DNA from: Azolla caroliniana
Lineage: Eukaryota; Plantae; Polypodiophyta
Length of the DNA stretch: 64,000 nt
Assembly: GCA_043228905.1 (NCBI GenBank)
Contig: JBHGNT010000002.1
Span: forward strand, 10,912,001-10,976,000
Reading direction: 5' to 3'
Part shown: positions 24,138-38,184 of the stretch, in pieces
How positions within the stretch are numbered: position 1 is the stretch's first letter
Layout: the number at the start of each line of letters is the position of its first letter
Position numbers and translations under genes: made by a program
The notes under the pieces: generated by a model
What the model was told of the DNA's origin: nothing
The model's input: only the letters and a program-made list of their open reading frames with translations
Databases searched by the model: none

Positions 24138-26576
24138 AGGGGGAGTTTGTTGGGATTTACGTGTCTAGGTGATTTGGCAGTCCATGAGGGCCTACCATAC
24201 CGGATCCTCATCCGTTGTAGCGTCCTCCGTACAAGAAAATGATGCCTCAATTGCTGCGTCTTGACGCATGCAATCAATGTTGGCCTCATTAGCTTTTTCT
24301 ACCCAGTCTTTTGCCTCTTTCCTTATGTCATCTTGCACTTCCCACTCGGATGCCTTTGCCTGGCTACGGGTGGTCACCTGTTGTACTTTCGTCGTGATCA
24401 TATTCACCACCGGTCCCTTGCCCTTATCGCGTTGTGGACACTCAATCGTGTAATTGTCTGGCTGTTGACAAACAAAACAATGTAGAATGGACTCACCTTT
24501 TTCTGCCGTTGGTTGAGCCACGGGCTCAGGTGCTGACGCGAGCCCGTTGCAAGGTCGCTGGTTGATACTAATGCTACCGCGTATTCTAGGGCTTCCTACA
24601 TTAATCACGTCGATTGTTATTTTGGGGACGACGTCAATCTTCCTTTGAACTATCATCACGGGTGTTACGAGCATGACCATATAATATCCCGTGGTGATAA
24701 TTTACCGTAGTATTCTGTACACTTCGATAAGTGTGAGGGTTAAATGAGAGTGTAAAGAAGGGGAGGATTACTTTTAATCCTCGGGATTGAGACAACCCAT
24801 TAGGCCAAGTGTGAACTTGCCTGGGGCCTTCGGTATCACTTCTTTCTCTCTCTCCTTTCTATCTAGATCTATCTTTTATCCTTATTTTATGCTTACATTA
24901 GTTCATGTCTCTAATAGTTGGTTTTCAGAGCCTATGTTCTAATGTTTCTTTTGTTGTCTTTTGTCTTGTTGATTGATGGTGATCGATCAATGTGCGGTTG
25001 GCCTTGATCCAGACAACAATCAACAAAGGAACTTTGGTGACTCTTTCCTTATATTTTTTTCTATTTTTTCTTCTCCCATCTAATCATGTGTATAGTCTAT
25101 ATGTAATTGTTTTCATTAATTTAATGATGTTGTAGTGGTAATTAATTGGTTGTATAAAACGTTTACATATGTGTAGGAGGTCAATACCTCATTTGACATA
25201 TATTGAATATGTGATTAGTGTCGTATGCGCACGAGGTTAATACCTCAATTGTGTATTACGCTCATACATATGTTCGTATGCGTATGAGGTCAATACATCG
25301 ATTTCTTTGTAAATGATATGTGTTTGGTCTTGTATGCGTAAGAGGTCAATACCTCAATTGCGTATCACGATGAACCCTTATTGTTGGATGTTTCGTGTGC
25401 GTAGAGGGTATATGCCTCGATTACATCATTTTTGGCTATTTCATGTAACGATTTGTTTAATGTATGCATATGTGGTCACGTGTATACCTATTTGATCGTA
25501 TATATGTGATAAGTAATCATACATGTATATTTGATATTACGTGATTTTTATCGAATGTTGTCCTTGTCGGGAAAAGGATCTTGGTGGCCGTCCTCACATT
25601 TTTGTGAGAATGGCGTTTTCACCATCCCATTTTCAACAATTTTTTGTTGACATCCCCGTTGGTCACTTCGATATTTTGTTATGTAATGAAACAATCATAG
25701 CCAGAGTGGTGTTGAGTACGTAGGGCTTAACCCACTTCATGTGAGGTCGCTCGTATGACACACATATCCAACATCCCTCCCTCATTACATGGATACAATG
25801 CTACCATGAGATCATTCTTACAAAAGGCATTCGTAATGACGTAACCATGTGATGGGCCACGTGGGCCTACTACGGAAAGAGGGCTCATTTGGCTTGACCA
25901 TTAGGTTGCACTTTCACGTATGCCATCGTAATTACGAGACTTGAGGTTAGGTAACGTACCAACAAAGTTTGTGGTAAATGAGGGAGAAATAAGGACTCTT
26001 GACATATATGTTTCTTTTAAAAAAACATATATGGGCAAATTCCTTGCATATCCCTTATACGCATGAAACATTAAACATTCAAAAAGAGCAACCTAATTGG
26101 TTAGCTCAAGTGTTTAATGCATTTGTTCTCGAGGTCTCAAGTTCAAATATAACCACGACCATACTATAACACATGTTTAGACTTGAGGTCTAAGTGCACT
26201 TCAGGGTCCTCGTAATAGGACTTAAAGAGCCGAAACCACATATGTGGGCACCGAAACAAAGTTTATTGTTAACATTCTTTTTGTGTATAAACTATTCATG
26301 ACGCGAACATACATGGTTGAGCCTCAGGGAGCCTCCATGAAAAAAATCAATATAGAGATCAGGGAAAGACATTTATTTGTCACCCCCATGGTTTTTAAAA
26401 CACCTTTGTGTTACCATAGTAACCTAATCTTGAATCTCATCTCATAAGTCTAGAGGGGTATTGACGTGAGATCATGATATCGATTAATGTTTGCCCATGA
26501 TATGTTTACATCACGACATGATGTTATGACTATTTGTCTGACCTTATCCTGTTTCTTTGCCAAAAATAATCATTCA

Positions 26577-28376
26577 ATGGCTCAAAATAACGACCCGATG
26601 TCATCCGCTCAAGCGGAAGGAACTCAAGGAAATCCTCCTGGACAAATGTCCATTGAGATGTATTTTTCACAAATAACCCAATACCTTAGTTTCATCGCTC
26701 AACAGATGACCGAACTTCGGCAATCTCAAAGTGCTCTCGAGGCACGTGTCATTAGTTTACAACGTGAGCCTAATAGACCTTATGAGCGACATGGTGAACC
26801 ATCGTTTGTCGTTAAGCCATTAACAGGAGAAAAAAAGGAAAGAACCGAAGAAGCAATTTGCATGTGGCTGGGCCGATGGGAGTCTCATTTTGAGCTCTAT
26901 CCCATGCTAGATAGTACGAAGTTTGCATATGTCGGCTGAGAACTAGGGGGTAAGGCCGCCGCCTGGTGGTGTGGGCTCCGAACATTGGGGAAATTGCCCG
27001 ATACCTGGACAGATTTTGTCACAGTTTTTAAGGGCCAATTTCTACAACCTCCCTCTCGAACCGAGGAAGCTCAAGCTTTAATGAACCTCTCTAGCAGTAA
27101 ATTTTCTTCGCTAGAAGACTATGTCCACCATGCTAGAACCCAAATCCAAAAATCAGGTCTAGAAGGGGACGATTGGTTAATAGATTGTTTTGTCAATGGC
27201 ATCCCCAATTCGGACTATCACTGGATAGTGCACGATAAGGATCCAAAATCCTTTGAAGAGGCTGTTGAAATAGTTCTTCGCTATCAACGCACTTCGAAGA
27301 AGGACCACAACAAACCCAACGAAGCAGTCGGGACTAAGTAGTCGCAATTCGTTGGGAAACGCAAGACACCCAACGAATTCATGGATTGCGATTGTAAGCG
27401 ACAACATCCTTTTTGTGTATTCTGCAAAAAGAAGGTTCATACAAAAGAGCAATGTCAAAAGCTCCAACGGAAAAAGCACAACAGCAAAGCTAAAGCTGCA
27501 GACCATAAAGGTCAGATTCCTAATGTCCTTCAGGTCTATACAAATCATTTAAGTAATTGTCAATGTTCATTCCCTCACTATGTATTGGGTCCCAAATTTA
27601 CTACGTGCAAACGGGTATATCAATGGATCTCCCGTACAATTTTTGTTTGATTCAGGAAGCTCACACAACTTTGTGAATGATCGTTTGGTTCAGATATGGG
27701 GAATCCAACCCACCGTAAGTGATCACACCTCTACGGTGCACTTGGCTGATGGAAGAGTACAATACATCAATGGGGTGATTCATTCATTAGGATTTTCTAT
27801 TTATACTTATATAGAGGAAGTAGACTTCCATGTAATGAATCTTTGTACCACTGATGTAATACTGGGTTATCCCTGGTTCTATAATAAAAACTCTTCTTTA
27901 TCTATTGATTAGGTTCATCATTCAATAACGTTTGTACTGAACCATTGTTCTCATTTTATTCAATGTGTAAAAAAACAATCCCTCTCAATTATTTTCTCTC
28001 CATCAATATCCGAGTTGTCTTGTTCTACTCTATTTTATTGTGTACTTGATCCAGACATTTACGTTTACAATATTGATAATGCCTCGCTTCAATTAACATA
28101 TTTTGAACAACAAGAACTTGATGAAATCTTAAATGATTTTCGTGATGTTTTTCCGAGTGAACTACCAGATGGGTTGCCTCCTAAACGTAATATAGACCAT
28201 CATATAGATATTATGCCTGGCGTTGCACCAATAAGTATACCTCCTTATCTCTTAAGTCGATCCGAAGAGGATGAGGTGTCTAAGCAACTCAAGGACTATT
28301 TATGAATGGGTTATATACGTTACAGTAAATTTCCATGGGGTGCACCAGTTCTCTTGGTTAAAAAGAAAGAGGGTAT
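26577..28376 (+). pseudogene. gag-pol: Gypsy E gag, protease and RT N-terminus
   Basis: GKAAAWW..LPDTWTDF gag, CVFCKKKVHTKEQC, LFDSGSSHNF, GLPPKRNIDHHID, PWGAPVLLVKKKEG. Confidence 0.88.
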
Positions 28377-29100
28377 TGTTGTCCACCGGAATCGTAACCG
28401 ATGGGCAGAAGCGCAGAAATATTATAATATAGTAAAGAGTTAAGAAGCAAATGTAACGGTTCACGCGGGAAGCGTGAATGGCTGAACGCCCTATGTATAT
28501 AAAGGGCAAAAATCCTCGGTAAGAGGTAGCATGTAATTTGGAGTGCAAAATGTTTTTCTAATAGAATACTATCTTCTTTGACCTCTGTGCATATCTGTGG
28601 CTATCTGTGTGGCCATTTGTTGTTTCTCTGTTGCGTACTGTTTAATCGTAAGTGTGTGTAAGCGTAAGTGCGTATACTAGTGCGCTTCCTAAGGAGTTTG
28701 GTTGTAGTCGTCTCCCTTATACACTACTAGGATACGAGGTGGTATGCCATTACGATTTACGATAGGACGGTTCCACTCCTTGTAAACATGGTCACCTTGA
28801 GGTCTACCTCGAAGGACTGAGCGTAGACAGTGTTCCTAATCGGTAACACGTTTGGCACGCCTGGTGATCTGTGATTTCTCGCAGACGAACAACAAGGGAT
28901 GGATGTCTAGCTGTAGACGGCCTAGAGAACCGACCCGACAAGTCCGACCATTGATGAGGTCCACACGCCAGATAGAGGAGCGCACATTGAAAACCTTGCC
29001 TTAGTGATATCTGTCCGAACCAAAAGTCGACCCCACGCTCACCCAACATTGCGACGTCAAGAAGGAAGTTCTGTCACCACACGAGTATCGTGATCTTCCC

Positions 29101-31762
29101 ATGCCCTCCAGAGCGTCCGGAATGGGCTTCTCCTACCCACGCTTTAATGGCCAAACAGACGCCACAAGCCACATCCGATTGTTCCTGAACGTTTGGAACG
29201 TGAATCACATGGCGCAATGACTTCCAGAAGAGGAAGCGCACCAATCAAAGATGACAGAGTTTGGTTTAACTTTGGATGGTAGAGCCGCGTTTTGGCATTC
29301 ACAGATGGATCGACCAGCAATCAACACCTTCAACCAGTTGCAGTTAGCATTTCTGCGATTTTTTCATCGGAGGGTACCTCAACGCGAAATCATTGGGCCG
29401 TTCTACACAATCAAGCAGCTGCCAATAGAATGTGTCGCAGAATTTAGCTTACGTTTCCAAAATTTACGACGGAAATTAGAACAGGCCCCAACAGATGACG
29501 AGGCTAGGGAGATGTTTTTGGCAACCTTGCGGGGACCTACCAGGACAACGCTCAACACACGTAGTGTGAATGGGGAAACAGCCGACATGGTCATCGAGCG
29601 AGCATTACAGCTTGAGTTGGATGAAGATGAGGAAGACTTATCTCTGTCCTCATTATGACAGGCGTTGCCTCAAGACGAGGAATGCCACTTTCGTCAAGCT
29701 ATTCAATGCACGATTTGTCTCGATTCCGGGCATTCCGCGGTGGAATGCAATATGCGAATTCACTGCCCAATTTGTCACTCAAAGGCACACACGGTCGAGC
29801 AATGTGAATACAATATGTTGAGCAGACCTACGCCTACAGTACGACGCGTAGAACCACAATGACCACTCCACCGAAATGATCAAAGGCGCCAAGAGGAACG
29901 ACCCCGTTATATGGATCGAAATCCACGCGATGACCGGCACTACTGTAATCGTCGGAATAACAACGATTCCGATGAAGAGGAGCCAGAGGACGAAGAATAT
30001 CAGGGCAACCACCGGTATAGAGACAACCACTGTTCGACAAACAAGCATGGTGGATTCAATGGGCCTCGCTCACAAGGAAAGCATCGACAGTATAGGGACC
30101 AACGACGTTATGACGAAAGTTCAGAGGAGGACCGGCGCCAGGAGTCACGTACGGAACAGCCGCAAACACCCCAAAATTCCAAGAGAACGCAACAAGACCA
30201 GGCGGAGCAAGCGACACTTGGCGATAGGAATACGCTGCCAGCTGTAGAGAAAGGAGAGTCCAGTGTACATTGTTTTGTCTGCCAACAACCCAAACATTAT
30301 GCAACTCAATGTCCACTGCGCAAGGGCAAAGTACCAACCGTAAATACAATTACGACGGAAGTTTAGTAGGTCACGACATGACAACAAACAAAGAATGCTG
30401 ACTGGGCTGCAAAAGATGAGGTACACAAAGCAGCCCAAGCATGGGTAGAAAAAGCAAATGCATCCAATACGACGCGTATGCAGCAGGAGTCCGCAAACAA
30501 TGTTGGACCGATAGAAGAAAACCTTATATCCCCGGACCCCATATGGCAAGCATTGGCAGGCAGCAAAATAACAATGACCATGGAAAAACTCCTTCAACTA
30601 GGTCCACGATTTCGGAAGTCCGTAGAAGATCGCATAACAAGTAGGCCTTGTATAAACGTCTCAGCAAATTTTGCCGAAACTAGCGTCGGACCAACAGTGG
30701 TGGATCACCACAATCCAACCATTAAGCTAGTACTACACGGGCAAGAAATAACAGGCTGTATAATCGACGGGGGCTCTAGCGTTAATGTGATTAGTGCAAA
30801 GACGTGTGAACAGTTAGGAATTTCGGAATGAGAAGCTTGCCCCTTTTGGTTTCGCATGGCGGATACTCGATCTGTCAGGCCCTTAGGGTTAATCTGGAAA
30901 TTAGGCATCGTCATTGGCGGTCATTGCTTTGACATCTCGGCGGTAGTACTCACACTCGATGCTCTGGGAGCATACTCAATACTGCTTGGCAGATCTTGGC
31001 TTCGTTCGGCTAACATCAAACAGAGTTGGCGAGGACGCAACAAAGTTCGCGTACCCACAGAAGAAATGAAGGCGCAACCCAATGGAATGACACCATTGTA
31101 CGCGGAAGACATAAATATGTTGGAAGGAGTAGATGATACAGAGCTGGAAGCATACCTGGATGAGCACCTGCGAATCATCCCGCTATTCGAAATTGACGTA
31201 ATAGAAACCACGACGGATTATGCTGCTCCCACTACACTTCACGAAGAGGCTTATGAACCGGACCCAGAGTCGATAATGGAATTAAACTGAGCATGGGCCG
31301 CATTCGAGAAAGAAATTGAAATTTCATGATGAGTCACTGCCTTCATGCAAGTCTTTGTAGCCGATTTCGTGGTGTATGGGACAACATCCGAACATCTGAT
31401 TCATTTACGGTTGTGTGTGGAGCATTGTCGGGCTTCACGCTTAAGCCTGAATCTAGCCAAATGCGCGTTCAGCGTCACAAGCGGAGCCCTCCTCGGCCAC
31501 ATCATCAGCAAGGAGGGGATAACGGTGGATCCTTATAAAACTTCCATGATCATTCAAGCAGAAACGTCGACAACAGCCAAAGCACTCAACTGTGTCCTAG
31601 GACAAATATGTTGGCGTAGTCATATGTTACGATATTTGGCGGATTTTGCCACGACTTTACATGCCGTCGTCCACCGTACACCTTTCAAGTGGACGACAAC
31701 TGAAGAAAAAGCATACGACGCGCTTAAAATAATGTTGACTCAAGCACCAGTCGTACAACCAC
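29101..31762 (+). pseudogene. gag-pol: Gypsy F gag (three CCHC-type knuckles), protease and partly deleted RT
   Basis: CTICLDSGHSAVEC..CPICHSKAHTVEQC, CFVCQQPKHYATQC, IIDGGSSVNV, MQVFVADF (degenerate FVDDF), LLGHII. Confidence 0.87.
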
Positions 31763-34700
31763 TGTTACCGTACGAGACTTACGTGTGATGGATAAGTGTG
31801 ATAAGTGAGGGTGAAAGATGTAATGTGTTGATATGTATGTGTAATCTTATATGATTATGAGTGTGAGTGTGGTGGATACAAAGAGGTGTGAGTGAGTGAC
31901 TAGGTGTGAATGCCCAAGGGGCTTACACCCTTGTGGATCTACCCCTTTGTACCTATTTAACCCCTTATGGGGAATGAATGAATGGAACAATATAACCAAT
32001 TTCTCCCTCTCTCTCTCTCTTTGACATATTTCTCTCTCTCTCTCTTTCACCTTATGTTGAACCCCCTTGGGAGGGGGGTGGAGCCATCCTAGGCACCACC
32101 CCCCACCCCTCAATGCTTGTGTTGTTCTTCATGATCTCTTACCATCATCATCACACATACATTATCAATCTACCATGATTGTTAACCCTATTCCTATCTT
32201 TATCATTATCATCATTAACCCTAACCCTAAATCCTATAACACCTTTTGGTGACCACTAAGGCGACCCCCCTTTGGAGACAAAGTCGAAGATTAATACGTG
32301 GCAGAGAAGACAACGACGAAATGTGTGATAATGGTGACGATGATGTGCGAGAAATCGAATTTATGATGAGTAGCAAATCGAATCGGTAATGTGCAAGAAA
32401 TGGCGACCACAATGCATTGGAAATGGCCATGTTAACGAAAAAAAGAAGAAACAATCATAGCGATAACGGGAATGACAGAGATCGACAACAACAATGATGG
32501 CCGGACCGAAGATGAGGGGGACGACAACAACCGGACAGCCAGAAAGACATGGCCGTTCGTGCCGAACAACAACGAAGATGGAGACGGCCGGACAGCAGTT
32601 TGAGCGGTCGGATAGGCCAGAGAGTGACCGGACAGGAGCAACCGGAGCGGCCGAAGTGGCCATAGAGCGGTCGGAATGGCCGAACAACTGCTGAAGAGCA
32701 ACCGGACGACGATCGGATGGTGACGGAGACGAGCGAACCTCGGCCAAAACAGACGACCGACTGCAAACTGGCCGAACAGGGCCTACAAGGCCGGCGACAG
32801 AGACATCTAGAGATGGACCGGACAGACATGGCCAGACGAGCTAGACAGCGGAAAGAGCGGCCAGTAGGGCCGGAAACCGGCCGGAATAACCAGACAGTGG
32901 CTGGAGCGGCCGGAGAATCGGACAGTCGGAAGACAACAGACAGACATCCAGGGAGCGTCCGAAATGCACAGAAATGGCCAAAGTGGCTGGAGAGCGGTCA
33001 GAGTGACCGAATGGTGCCGAAACGGAGGCGGCCGGACCGGACGGGCCAGAAAATGACGACGCTGGACAACGACGATGGAGACGCTAGGGAAACAAGACAA
33101 CTAACAAAGATGAGAGATTCGGCCAGAGTAGCGGAAAAGCAAGGGCCGGACAACATTCGAAGCGGAATAGAGGCGGTCGGTTGAACGACAACCAGACGAA
33201 CACGTTAGGAAAAATGAAGGAGGTTGGACAACAAGCGGCGGCAAAAAAAAAAAAAGCAGCAACACCGGACTATGGCTGTACAGAGATGGCAACGGAGCCG
33301 GAGACATAGAGGCGGACGAAAACGGACGAAAACCAATAGAGACGGTGATGGAGTCCGTAACAAAGGCAGCCGGACAGCAACCGAGACAATGATGGAAAAG
33401 GCCGGTGAGGCCGGCAGCGTGCGGCCACACCGATTGTCGAACAGTGGACAAGACGACCGGGACGACGGACCGAACGCACGGTCGGAAGAGGAGGAGGACG
33501 ACCGGACACCGACAAAGACGGAGGAGAGGCCGGAGAGCGACCTAAGAGCGGTCGTAGTGGCCGAACGGAGGCGGCTGGACAAGGATGGCATCAGTGGTCG
33601 GAGATGGCCACGACAGGAGATGGAGACGGACGAGCGGCCAAAGAGTGGCCGAGGAACTGCCAAAGCGGCCGTAATAGCCGAATAGTGGCCGGAGTGGCCA
33701 AATGGGCTAGATAGACGACCAACCACGACAACCAAAACAAAGACAACACAGAGAAGAAAGAGGCAGACATGCAGAAAATAAGAAGAAGAGAGAAGAGAAA
33801 TGCAAGGAAGAAGAAGAACAGTGAAGGAAGAAAAAGAAGATGTCATGGAAGAAGAGAAAGGCATGAACAGACAGACACGAAGTGGAAGAAACAGAGACAG
33901 AAGAAGAAAGAGAGAGGAGGAAAAGAAGACAGGAAGAGGAGAAGCAGCGGCGGTTAACACCAAGGAGGAAGAAGATGCAGACAACACGCAGGAGAAAACG
34001 TAAGAAGACAAACAATAAATAAAAAAATGAGAGGGAAAAAGAGAAGAGAGGGGCATGCGATTAAATTTTAAAATGTTGAGGGTAGCAGCCTGAAATTTCA
34101 GAAACTTGGGGGTACTGAATGAAATTTTCAAAACTCGAGGGTGTATAATAAAAATTTTAAAAATCAAAGGGCACCTACGAAAATTTGAAAACTCAACCTA
34201 AAAGAAATGGACGTGATCAACACACAACTCACAAAATCAAGAGAAGGAACACACATACATACGACATTTTTTTTTTACGACCCAACTGATGTTACCGAAG
34301 TTCGTGAACCGACAAAACAGGAATGTTTGTGTCAATAAAGATTCGTTGATCAACGCAGATGTTCGAGTCAAGCGCTCCGATCGAGGGAGTCGATCGTTGA
34401 TGTTACCAAAGTTTGTAAGTCGACAGAACGAGAATGTTCGTGCCGCAGAAGAGTCGTTGACCGATGGAGATGTTCGAGTCAAGCGCTCCAATCCAGGGAG
34501 TCGATCATTGAGAGGACCGATTGAAATTCCGGTCGAAGAAAAATTATGATCAAGGCATGTGGGATCGACGTGCAAGGCAGTCTCCCACGGGCGTGCCATA
34601 TTGTGTTACCGTACGAGACGTACGTGTGATGGATAAGTGTGATAAGTGAGGGTGAAAGATGTAATGTGTTGATATGTATGTGTAATCTTATATGATTATG

Positions 34701-35058
34701 AGTGTGAGTGTGGTGGATACAAAGAGGTGTGAGTGAGTGACTAGGTGTGAATGCCCAAGGGGCTTACACCCTTGTGGATTTACCCCTTTGTACCTATTTA
34801 ACCCCTTATGGGGAATGAATGAATGGAACAATATAACCAATTTCTCTCTCTCTCTCTCTTTGACATATTTCTCTCTCTCTCTCTCTCTCTTTCCCCTTAC
34901 GTTGAACCCCCTTGGGAGGGGGGTGGAGCCATCCTAGGCACCACCCCCCACCCCTCAATGCTTGTGTTGTTCTTCATGATCTCTTACCATCATCATCACA
35001 CATACATTATCAATCTACCATGATTGTTAACCCTATTCCTATCTTTATCATTATCATT
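31763..35058. mobile_element. Element G: non-autonomous LTR element with a non-coding, GA-rich interior
   Basis: LTRs 31763-32241 and 34604-~35058 are near-identical; the right copy has lost ~25 bp and the TSD. No gag/pol similarity in 32242-34603. F coding resumes at WGKPFHVFVDASD. Confidence 0.88.
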
Positions 35059-36848
35059 TGGGGGAAACCATTTCACGTTTTTGTGGATGCCTCAGACATA
35101 GAAATAGGTAGTGCATTGATGTAGCTCAGGGAACCAAATTGGTACAAAACAGTGTACTACGGTAGTAGGAAGCTATCAAAGGCTGAGCGTAACTACCCCA
35201 CAATGGAACGAGAAGCGTTGGGTATGATAGACAACATCAATAAATTCCGACATTATCTGTTGGGGTAGAAATTTACGTTTGACGTGGACCATACGACGTT
35301 GCTATACCTGGTGGGGAAGCAAGCACTGACAGGAAAATTGGCTAGATGGATGTTATTGCTCCACGAGTTCGACTTTGTTATACAACATCGACCTGGTACG
35401 CAACACGCTATAGTGGATTTCTTAAGTAGGATAGATAATGGAGAAATGGTGCGAAAGGATGACGACGACTTTCCTGATGCGGACATCTTGCGGATCGCAA
35501 CTATAGTGACACGTACAGAAAAAACTTTTCCAAATCGTTGGTTGATGGAGGTGACATACTTTCTGACCACAGGATTACCACCACCGCAATTAAGGACAGA
35601 CGAGAAGAAACGATTGGTCGTCCGAAGTTGTAACTTCTATTTGGTCGAAGGGGTCCTATATCACAAAGGTAGTGACGGACTCTGGTGACGCGGAATACGC
35701 TAGGATGAGAAGGAAGCGGTTTTACGTGAAGCTCACTATGGTATGGCAGGAGGACACTACGCGGATGATGTTACAGCTCGTAATGTCTGGCAAGCCAGCC
35801 TATGGTGGCGGACTACACAAAAGGATACTTATGAATATTGCAAACAATGCGATCTGTGTCAACGGATGGGCCAACCCACAGAGGTCGCAAGGATGCCACA
35901 TAAACCAGTGTTGCCATTGGATCCATTCCAGAAATGGGGACTCGATTTCGTGGGGCCGTTTACACTGGCAACAACCGGACTAGCAATAAATATATACTGG
36001 TGGTTACGGATTATTGCACCAAGTGGGTGGAAGCGAAAGCACTACGAGAAAATACCGCGACAGTGATGACGAAATTTCTTTACGAGAACATTTGGTGTCA
36101 TTTTAACTGCCCTATCGAGCTCATCAGCGACCAAGGAAGCCACTTTCTTAATTCGGTCATCTGGGAGTTGACACAACACTATGTCGTTGTCCATAGGAAG
36201 AGCATGTCGTATTATCCAGAGGCGAGTGGTTTAGCGGAATCCACGAACAAAACGTTACAAACCATACTAAAAAAGATAGTCAATGAGAACAGAATAGACT
36301 AGGATACCAAATTACACAATGCATTATGGGCGTACGAAACCAACTATAAGACTACCGTACAATTCACGCCTTTCCGGCTAGCATTTGGGCTGGAGGCCAT
36401 AAGGCCAGTCGAATTTCAGGTATCGAGTTTGCGGATTCAGGTACGCGACCGGCTATCAGAAGACAAGTCTGAACAAATACGGCTACAACAGCTGCTTGAA
36501 CTAGGCGAGACACGGTTACGTAGCATGGCCATACTGTAACAAGAGCAACGTCAGCGTAAAGCATTCATGGACCGGCATCGAAATGCACGTGAAAATGATT
36601 TTGTGGTCGGCAAAGCGGTCCTGGTCTGTCAAACACAGATGAGGTAAATGCCAGGTAAATTAAGATTCTGCTGGACGGGGCCGTACTGGATAGTTGGCGA
36701 GGAAAACGACACGTTTCAATTAGGCACCCTGGCCGGAGAAGTGTTACGACAAAAGGTGAATGGGTTTCGATTGAAACCCTACCTGGGACCGGTGCCACAA
36801 AACCCGTTCCATGCCGTAAAAGGCACGACCGAAGAAGCCGTGGATTAA
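35059..36848 (+). pseudogene. pol: Gypsy F RNase H and integrase
   Basis: VFVDASD, GKLARWMLLL, AGGHY..CKQCDLCQ, WGLDFVGP, ISDQGSHF, WTGPY. Confidence 0.9.
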
Positions 36849-38184
36849 TTAAAGGGACCCACCTGTATTATAGTGTAACAGTAATATTGTATTTAACCGT
36901 TAAAAAGAAAAAAGAAAAAAGAGAGAGAAGATAGTGACGCTATTAAAAGGACTTGATGCATGCACAAACTTCTAGAGCAAGAACACGCGGCACCACGATG
37001 GCACATAGGCCAATGAACCCTAGGCCACAAAAAGAGGAAAGTAGAAGGTTTTCTGCACACTACAGAAAACAATCTTCATCCCTTAACCCTCCTCGCTTTC
37101 GTCGCTCTCCTCACTCACCTTACTCCCCATCATACCAAAGAGCCCACGTCTGCCATAGCCAACAAACCTCACCCACTACCCATTAGTCTCATCCACCTAC
37201 AATGCCGATCACTATTTTCGTCGCCTTGCGTAGATACATCAAAGTCGCCGAGGCACCTGCTCACCTTGAAGCCCTGGAAATTGCGAAGAAGCTCAACATA
37301 GACACGGTCACCAACGCTACCATCCGGAAGAAGCTTGGCTTATCATCGCTTGGGGAGAAACATTTCGACATCCCTCTCTGCGGAAACCTTGCAAAAATAT
37401 TTCGGGGAATATTCGGTGTCCGCCAAAGCATACAAGACGAAGGAAATCCCCGACCCCTTCTTTTGAGAAATAGCCAAGTTCTTGCTGGAGGTAGGATGCA
37501 TGCATGTAAATGCCTATGGGATGCCAAACTAGAAGGCATGCATCATCATTGATACCTTCGAAGGGCATGCGGTCGATTGGGGGGTAATTACGAGACCTAC
37601 TTTAAGGGAAGGCCTGCCCACATATCAGGGCGGCAAAAAGCTAAGGTCAATCATACAACAGTATCTGACGATACTATTGCCACCCCGGGGTCTGCCTGCA
37701 CCACAGCCTAGTAAACCCACGCTGCCGCCATGTTCCACGAAACGGCGGTTAACAGAGTTGGCTACCACGGAATGGAAAGATGAACCACAACCTTCCCCGC
37801 CCATCACGCGAACAACACAGGAAGAACGACCGGCAAGCAGGGAAGAAGCCTCGCATGAGCAGGAAGCCGAGCAACGCCAGGAAAGCCCAAGGCCGAAACG
37901 GTGTAGGTTGGACCGGAAATATGGGTGCGGACTGGTCAAGGACACAACCGCGGACAAAGACACAACCGCGGACACAGACACGACCGCCTTGGTTGACAGT
38001 TCCACAGCTACGGAGCCCAACACCACTTTAGAAATAATCCAGGAACCACAGCCGATCATCACGGCCCAGTCGCAACGTGGGAAAGGCATACTCACGATAG
38101 AAAGCGAAGTCCTAAAGAACCCAGATATCCCGGATACAACCCATGAGTTCAGTGCGCTGCTTCAATTTGGAATAACTTACGAAC

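Larger units (their letters stand above)
19307..24161 (+). mobile_element. Copia D: Tork/Tnt1-like, intact ORF, 3' LTR truncated to 14 bp
   Basis: 5' LTR 19307-20032; PBS TGGTATCAGAGC 20036-20047; PPT AAGGGGGAG ending 24145; 3' LTR remnant TGTTGGGATTTACG 24148-24161. Confidence 0.94.

Noticed and set aside
26095-26160. tRNA/SINE-like TAGCTCAAGTG...GTTCAAAT in the leader of E
   Set aside because: Weak single occurrence with no cloverleaf, tail or TSD; too degenerate to call.
32208-32236. Telomere-like AACCCTAACCCTAAA in the G LTR (similar near 61138)
   Set aside because: Only two or three units; common telo-box-like motifs rather than an interstitial telomere.
33205-34167. 320-aa minus-strand ORF and other ORFs inside G
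   Set aside because: Low-complexity S/F/L or R/E/K translations of GA-rich DNA that stays open by composition; no recognisable domain.
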